Origin: Schizosaccharomyces osmophilus
Lineage: Eukaryota
Length of the DNA: 64,000 bases
Assembly: GCF_027921745.1 (NCBI RefSeq)
Contig: NC_079239.1
Coordinates: 3,286,001-3,350,000, forward strand
Direction of reading: 5' to 3'
Shown: positions 58,164 through 64,000 of the stretch, one piece after another
How positions within the stretch are numbered: position 1 is the first letter of the stretch
Layout of the letters: the number at the start of each line of letters is the position of its first letter
Made by a program: the position numbers and the translations under genes
Notes under the pieces: model-generated
What the model was told of the DNA's origin: nothing
Databases searched by the model: none
What the model saw: the letters and a program-made list of their open reading frames with translations, nothing else

Positions 58164-61100
58164 TTATACCTTTTTTAAGTGCCCAAGTGGCATCACATAT
58201 CCGTTCCTCATAGCATCCGCCATTTTGAGCTTATCCTTTCTCTGGAAATGTTTTAATAAAAATCGTTTTGAATTGGCACGCATCCGTAAAATCCTTAGGA
58301 TAATACGTTCGTTCCTCTCTAGTTCACCCTCCGTGGCCTGTTGGACCTGTGGAACATATTGTCTTATTGTTCCTGATCTGTAAATTTCCTTATTGCTCAG
58401 TTTTGCCAGTTTAGACATTCCCGCATTATTTCCGGTTAAATTGTTTATTAATCGAGAAGAATGGTACAAATGCAGAGTAATCTTTTCACACTCTTCTAAT
58501 AACTCATCTGTAGATTTGTCGTAATACTCTCGTATTTTTAAAAGTTCTTGATAATGTTCTGTCTCCAATACAGAAAGCTTAACACCTTCGCCATTAGCAT
58601 GTAGATAGTCTTTGAGGAATTGTAACCAACTGTATACGATATTTAATTGGTTTTCGGGGAGTGGCTTCCTCTCAATTGGTTTCGCAGAGACGGGAGGCAG
58701 TAACAAATCCTCTATTGTACACATTACTTCGTCCCATACATAAGACATAACCGTAATAAAGACATCTTTTGATAAATGGCGAGCAATAACTGAAAAATTA
58801 ACGTCAAAAAAATCAAGCAAATCGTTGATTGCGGATTCGATTTCCACATCAGTTAGCTCATGGTCTTCTTTCTTGGGATCTTCCTTCTTTGAAAAGGAAG
58901 TTAGTGTAGCTCGATTAAACAAACTAGTCACAGAAGTCATAGTCTTATCAAAATCCATCCATGAACCTGATAACAGTCTTCTCAAAGTTGGCATTGATAG
59001 ATTCTGACTTATAACTGGATCCATTTTGTTGACAATAAATCTAATCATTTCACTTTGAGATCGTTCCAGATCATGATAAGTGCGTCCAACATAAAAACCA
59101 ATGTGTTCTTTTTCGCCGTCCATTTCAATTCTGAAAAGCAATTCTCCATGTGGATTTAAATTTAGCCAATCTTCTCTAGCTATATAATCGCCATATACTT
59201 TAGGTGTTAAAGGAAACGAGCATCTTCCAAATATTTCATGATCGCCGAACTTTCCTTTAGACCATAAATTGGCAGTAATTATTAGAGAATCTTTTGCTTT
59301 TATTTCAAAAGAATCTTCCCAACGGGGGTTCATAGAATGAATTGGCCTAGTTTTCCCAATTCGCTTTCCTCTATTGTCAGTTAGGACAACGTAGGAAGTT
59401 CGAATCTTTCCAGTATCATCGGGTTGTAAATTTTCACCGCGAATAACCTTCACCGTATACAAATAGTTAGTCGTAGAAAGCTTTTGAACTTTTGTTGATT
59501 CAGCCTGGTCAAGAGCCTGAACTAACTCTTGGAGATCTATTTTACTTTCAAGTTCTTCATATGCCTGGATAGCATAATGTACATTATTCAATAAAATACA
59601 CATGAATGTAGAGAAGTGAAAAGGTAAAACCTCAGATGTACCAGATAGCATTGTTCGGGCTTTCGATAACCAAGATGAGCTTGAGCTTTCGTTTTCAGTT
59701 CGCAAGTCCACGCTTTCATCTTTTTTATTAGCTTCATCAAAAAAAGTTTTCAATACCCAGCTAGTATATTTAGATAAAACCATATACACGATCCTAAAGA
59801 ATTTCGTAAAAAACCTCGCATTGCAAAGAGTGTCTTCCCATTCAAAATTCATAAGCGTACGGAAGGATTGATGAAAAGCGTGAAAAAGATCAATAATGGA
59901 GCTACTACATGCTGCTTCTTTATTCAGAGTATCAAATGTGTCTTTCTGCAATGCTCTTTGAAGCCAATCATTCGCGTTGACTTCTACGTTATTCAGCCAA
60001 GAATCCACAAACGGTTGAAAAAATCCTTCAAAGTTACCAAGTTCGTATTCGTCTTGATGGTAAAAACGAAGTAAGTTAATCATTCTCTTCAAATCTCCAT
60101 AAGCGTCAATCATGTCATTCGTAAGAGCATCGAGATTACCCTTAGCATTACTTTGAAGATGAGCTTTGGTCACCTCCATTGCAGAAGTAATATAATTAGG
60201 CAAAACAACACTGGTGAATAGACTTGGTAAGGAAATTATGCCGTAAATAGCGTCTGGACAGGTTTGTTGAATAAATTCGACTCTATCATTCAGAGCACGA
60301 CTCTGCAACAAGATTTCATCGATTCCGTCGGAAACGGCTTTTTTTGATGATATATTAAACTCATTAAGGAAAATTTCCTGACAGATTTCCTGTAAACACA
60401 ATGCAATTGATATAAATTCTGCTTTCGGGTTTAAATCCTCGTTAACATATTTACCGTTTTCAAGGCATAATTCTAGTACAACTAATAGATTATGAAAATT
60501 AGATTTCTTGTTATTTAAAACATTAATGAGCGAAATCTTAATCCTTTGTAAAAGTACATTTCGAATTCCAACAAGAGCTGTTTTGAGCATAGATACCTAT
60601 TAGTCGTTAGTGACATCTGAAAAGATCAAAGAGAAAAGTTATTCAACTTACATCTACTTTTGGCCAGTACACACTTTCGAACTCCTTCGTCACCTTAGAT
60701 AACTCGCCAAAGTAATCTAAAACATTCATCATTGATATTATATCCTTTTGAAAATATTCACGACCAAGCTCCATGCTCAATGCTAATCGACTTGAAGGCA
60801 AAATTCTCCAATAAATCGAGCATTCACGAATGAATGTATTTACGTTTTTTTCCTCTGCGCAGTCAGAGACGCCAGAACGGTATTGAAGACAAAGTGCTAG
60901 CAACTGTCGAAAGTAAGGGCGTGTAACGGGAGGGACGCAAGTTAGTGTCTCTGGTGTACTACTAGAGCTATTTCCATGATTTCTGTTGTAGATTTCTGAC
61001 AATAGCGGATTAAAGCTAAGCATGATTTTTCGATGTTGCTCTAATATCTGCAGTTCACGAGTTTTATAAGTAGAATAGGCTTTGTAATTGGAAAAGTCTA

Positions 61101-61995
61101 AGACAGACTGAGAATATTTACAAGTGTCATTTTCGAGATCGTCAATTAATATCGTAATATCTTTAAATATAGCCGATTCATCAATAGTAGAAAACACATT
61201 TTCAGCATCCAACAAAACTTTGGAGTATGCTACCTTAAATATCGAAGCAAATACCTTTAGAAGCGGAAACGAAGAAAAATCAAACTTTTCAGTGCCTTTG
61301 CTAACACGTTTTGAGGTTAAGATGTCTGTACGACTCTGAATTTTTGACTTGTACATATTAAGATGAACAATAAAGTCAGATGTAGGAGCAAGCAGCTGCC
61401 GAGTTATTAAAATAGACTCACACAAATCTATAAATGAGACAGAAATCTCATCAGAAAGGTCACTCTCAAAGGAACCCAAACGCTTTGTGAGTTCAGATGA
61501 AACTGAGCTGGTGAAAATTAAAAACAAATCTTCAATTCTTCGAGATTCTTTCATCTGCTTCATTATGTAGGGTTTGCTGATGGTGGTATAGAAAGCGGCA
61601 AATGTCCCACGAAGCAACTGGTCTTGATATTTCGGGTTACGACCCATACTAATATTTTCGAGTTCAGTTGTTAAGTACTTTATAAACTCCTTGGGATATT
61701 TCAGTGACCCTCGTTTTTCCTTCACGTTAATAGCATTATTGTTATTACTTATTGCAGAAGCTCTCTTATCAGTAATTAATTGGCTAGTTGATACAGACTG
61801 CAATGTGGAAGGAGCTGACACGCGATATTGAACCAAAAACAAAACTAAAACGTTTTTTAAAGACCAACTAAAAGTGTCAATTTGGCTTCAGGATTATCGA
61901 AAATTGTCTTACTTGTATAATTCTTCTTTTGGGATAGATTCAGCAAGCTGAACTTCCTTCGTGTGAAGGGGAAGAGGTTTACGTCTGCAATTCAT
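58164..61995 (-). CDS. ync13: Munc13/UNC-13-family C2-domain exocytosis regulator Ync13; exons 61995-61913, 61867-60652, 60596-58164
   Basis: MHD1-like region (RALQKDTF...SSSIIDLF), C2 domain (YTVKVIRGENL...KTRPI.SMNPRWE) and MHD2-like region; both introns join in frame. Confidence 0.85.
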
Positions 61996-62443
61996 TCCAT
62001 TTAGAGTTATGTATTTATGCAAGTGTTTTATAAAATCATGCAAATTCGGTTGTATGATACAAAAGTCAGGTATAAGCAAATAAATAAGAATGCAAGTGGT
62101 ATAGGTTAAAGATAGGTAGGAGCTCATGGATCATTCAGCAGTCTACCAAAACGATGTAGAGAATCTTTATTCTTTTGTACTTTTCGATATTAATTAATGA
62201 GATTTTATATCGTAATATATGTTTCAATTGAGTGAAAAGCTTACTATTCCAGTTTCTCTATTGTAGTATACATGAGGATTCCTAACATTTCCTGATTCAA
62301 AATAAAAACAAGAAAAAGAACTTAATTTTGGAGGATTGTAATCTAAGCATTTATTGAATGAGAATAAAGTATATTTGATGAAAAGTTGAATGAAGTTTAG
62401 TGCGGACCACCTTTGAAATTCCACACGAATCAACAAGTCAGTC

Positions 62444-63348
62444 ATGAATCCACAGTTTCCAAAAAAAACAGAAAATGGTAAGAGAGGATGTTTATATTTA
62501 TAGTGCTAATTTGAATTAGTTCCTGGGATGCAACAACGATCGTTGAAAGCTAGTAGCAAAACGTTCAAGCAACGCAGAAACTCTCCTGAGAAAGAAGACT
62601 CTCATCAAGACATGAAAGAGAACATTATATCTAAGGATCTTACAAGGCGTGATTACGAAAAAGACTTTAATAAGCCAAATGTCGAACCTTTTAGTTTACC
62701 ACATATTGATGAAAATAATCTTCCTAAGGAACGGCGGCATGAATATAATGAACTATCAAAAATATTAAGCAAAATAAATACATTACAAGAGCAATCTTTT
62801 CGGATGGCTACTGAAGAGATTGTTCAGACTTCAGAAACTCAGTCTAAAGGTATGGTCACCAAGTACTATGAGCATCTTTGTTTACTAACGCTAACAAGAA
62901 TTATATGGAACGATAGCTGAATTAAAAAAAGAATTGGAGAATGAAAGAAGAAATAATGAACGTTTACATCAAGAACTTGCCGAAAACAAACATTATTTTC
63001 AACAAGTCGATGAAGAGAAATTGCTAGTTAAAGAACTTTTTGGTCTTGATGTAATTTCTTCCAAAGTCGTCGAAGAAGGAATTCGCTACACATGTAGAAA
63101 CACGGGAAGGCGTGGCCGTATGTAATGTCGACTCTGTTGTATGTCTATGACTAACAGCTTTATATTTAGAATTGGAATATCAGTTACTTCTAGATAACTC
63201 AAATTTCACGTTTACACCCTGTTTGCACCCACAGCGCGATGCTGAATTGATGGATTACTTGCCAGAATACCTTACAGAAGAAATAATATTTACGAAGGAA
63301 CAAGGAAAGTTATTTTCGGCTCGAATCATGAAGGCTCTTCAAGACTAA
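62444..63348 (+). CDS. pcs1: Monopolin subunit Pcs1 (Csm1 family); exons 62444-62477, 62520-62849, 62899 (or 62917)-63117, 63170-63348
   Basis: Coiled coil followed by a Csm1/RWD-like C-terminus (LFGLDV...YTCRNTGRRGQLEYQL...LPEYLTEEIIF...F.ARIMKAL); three canonical short introns. Confidence 0.82.
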
Positions 63349-63565
63349 ATATATATATTTTCGTTAATATCTGTAATTATGATATGTTATGATGAGGACG
63401 AAGTGCGTTATTTGAAAATTCACTGTCGTTGTTGCGTCAAGTATTTACTTCCTCATGTTTAAAAATAATTGGTAGCGCGAAAAATTCAATGATTGTATTT
63501 CAACCGTTCATTCCGAAAAATACTGTGGTGTATGTATATTATAAAGGTTCGTATTCAATCTATAA

Positions 63566-63899
63566 TTACAAAGCATACTTTTGTGTCCATTCACGAGCAT
63601 TCATTATGGCTTGTTGCTCATTGTCCTTCCAGATTTTAGCAACATCATTATCCAGAGGGTCGTCTGGATTTGGTGCTCCCATTAGGGCTTGAATAGACAA
63701 TAAAACTGTACGAATTTGCAGAGCAGGACTCCAATCCTCTGTTTAATGTTAGCAAGTATTTCTTGTATTTCAATTTGTTCTAATATAAAACAAATTGTAT
63801 TTGAATTTCCTTACTTTTCAGCGTGGAAAGGCAGATTCTACCAAGTTTATCAACATTAGGGTGATAAATTTTAGTCAAGAAACGAACGCTAGGGGGCAT
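63566..63899 (-). CDS. ubc13: Ubiquitin-conjugating enzyme Ubc13, last two exons (63899-63815, 63738-63566); the 5' part lies beyond the window
   Basis: [51 protein letters not shown]...AREWT.KYA*. Not in the ORF track. Confidence 0.9.
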
Positions 63900-64000
63900 C
63901 TACAATCATAGTCAGCATTTTTCATTGCTACGTTTCCATTCTGCAACCGTCTGAAGACATGCATAAAACTAAAGTCTGCAGAATGGTGACCATATCCTTT

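Overview
Gene-dense, AT-rich fungal chromosome-arm segment from a fission yeast. The short GT-AG introns have CTRAY branch points, and gene order matches, from memory, the S. pombe chr I block SPAC19D5-SPAC14C4-SPAPJ760-SPAC2H10-SPAC11E3. The proteins are diverged from S. pombe, so this is probably a species of the S. octosporus/cryophilus/osmophilus clade (inference). About 30 protein-coding genes were resolved by hand-splicing: ptr1 (3' end), imp3, ctf8, din1, uga1, atg43, smc5, dad3, mek1, a ThiJ/DJ-1-like gene, man1, nab2, an MFS-like transporter, mug5, agn1, a Nudix hydrolase, vtc2, laf1, rad17, atp1, a dipeptidyl peptidase, abp1, adg1, a Zn2Cys6 factor, nas2, a PTM1-like membrane protein, swr1, ync13, pcs1 and ubc13 (3' part), plus one tRNA-Asp(GTC). 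dad3, ptr1 and ubc13 are absent from the ORF track and ctf8 is only partly captured. The least ordinary items are: (1) a divergent pair of orphan small membrane-protein ORFs between man1 and nab2, one frame-disrupted and carrying a PY motif; (2) a 54-bp/18-aa tandem amphipathic repeat in man1; (3) stems in all three complete introns longer than 100 nt; (4) Mmi1/DSR-type motif clusters in mek1 and mug5; (5) a strand-skewed microsatellite island between adg1 and the Zn2Cys6 gene. No transposon, 5S rDNA or clear wtf gene was recognised. Orthology calls come from recalled motifs and synteny, not from a database search.
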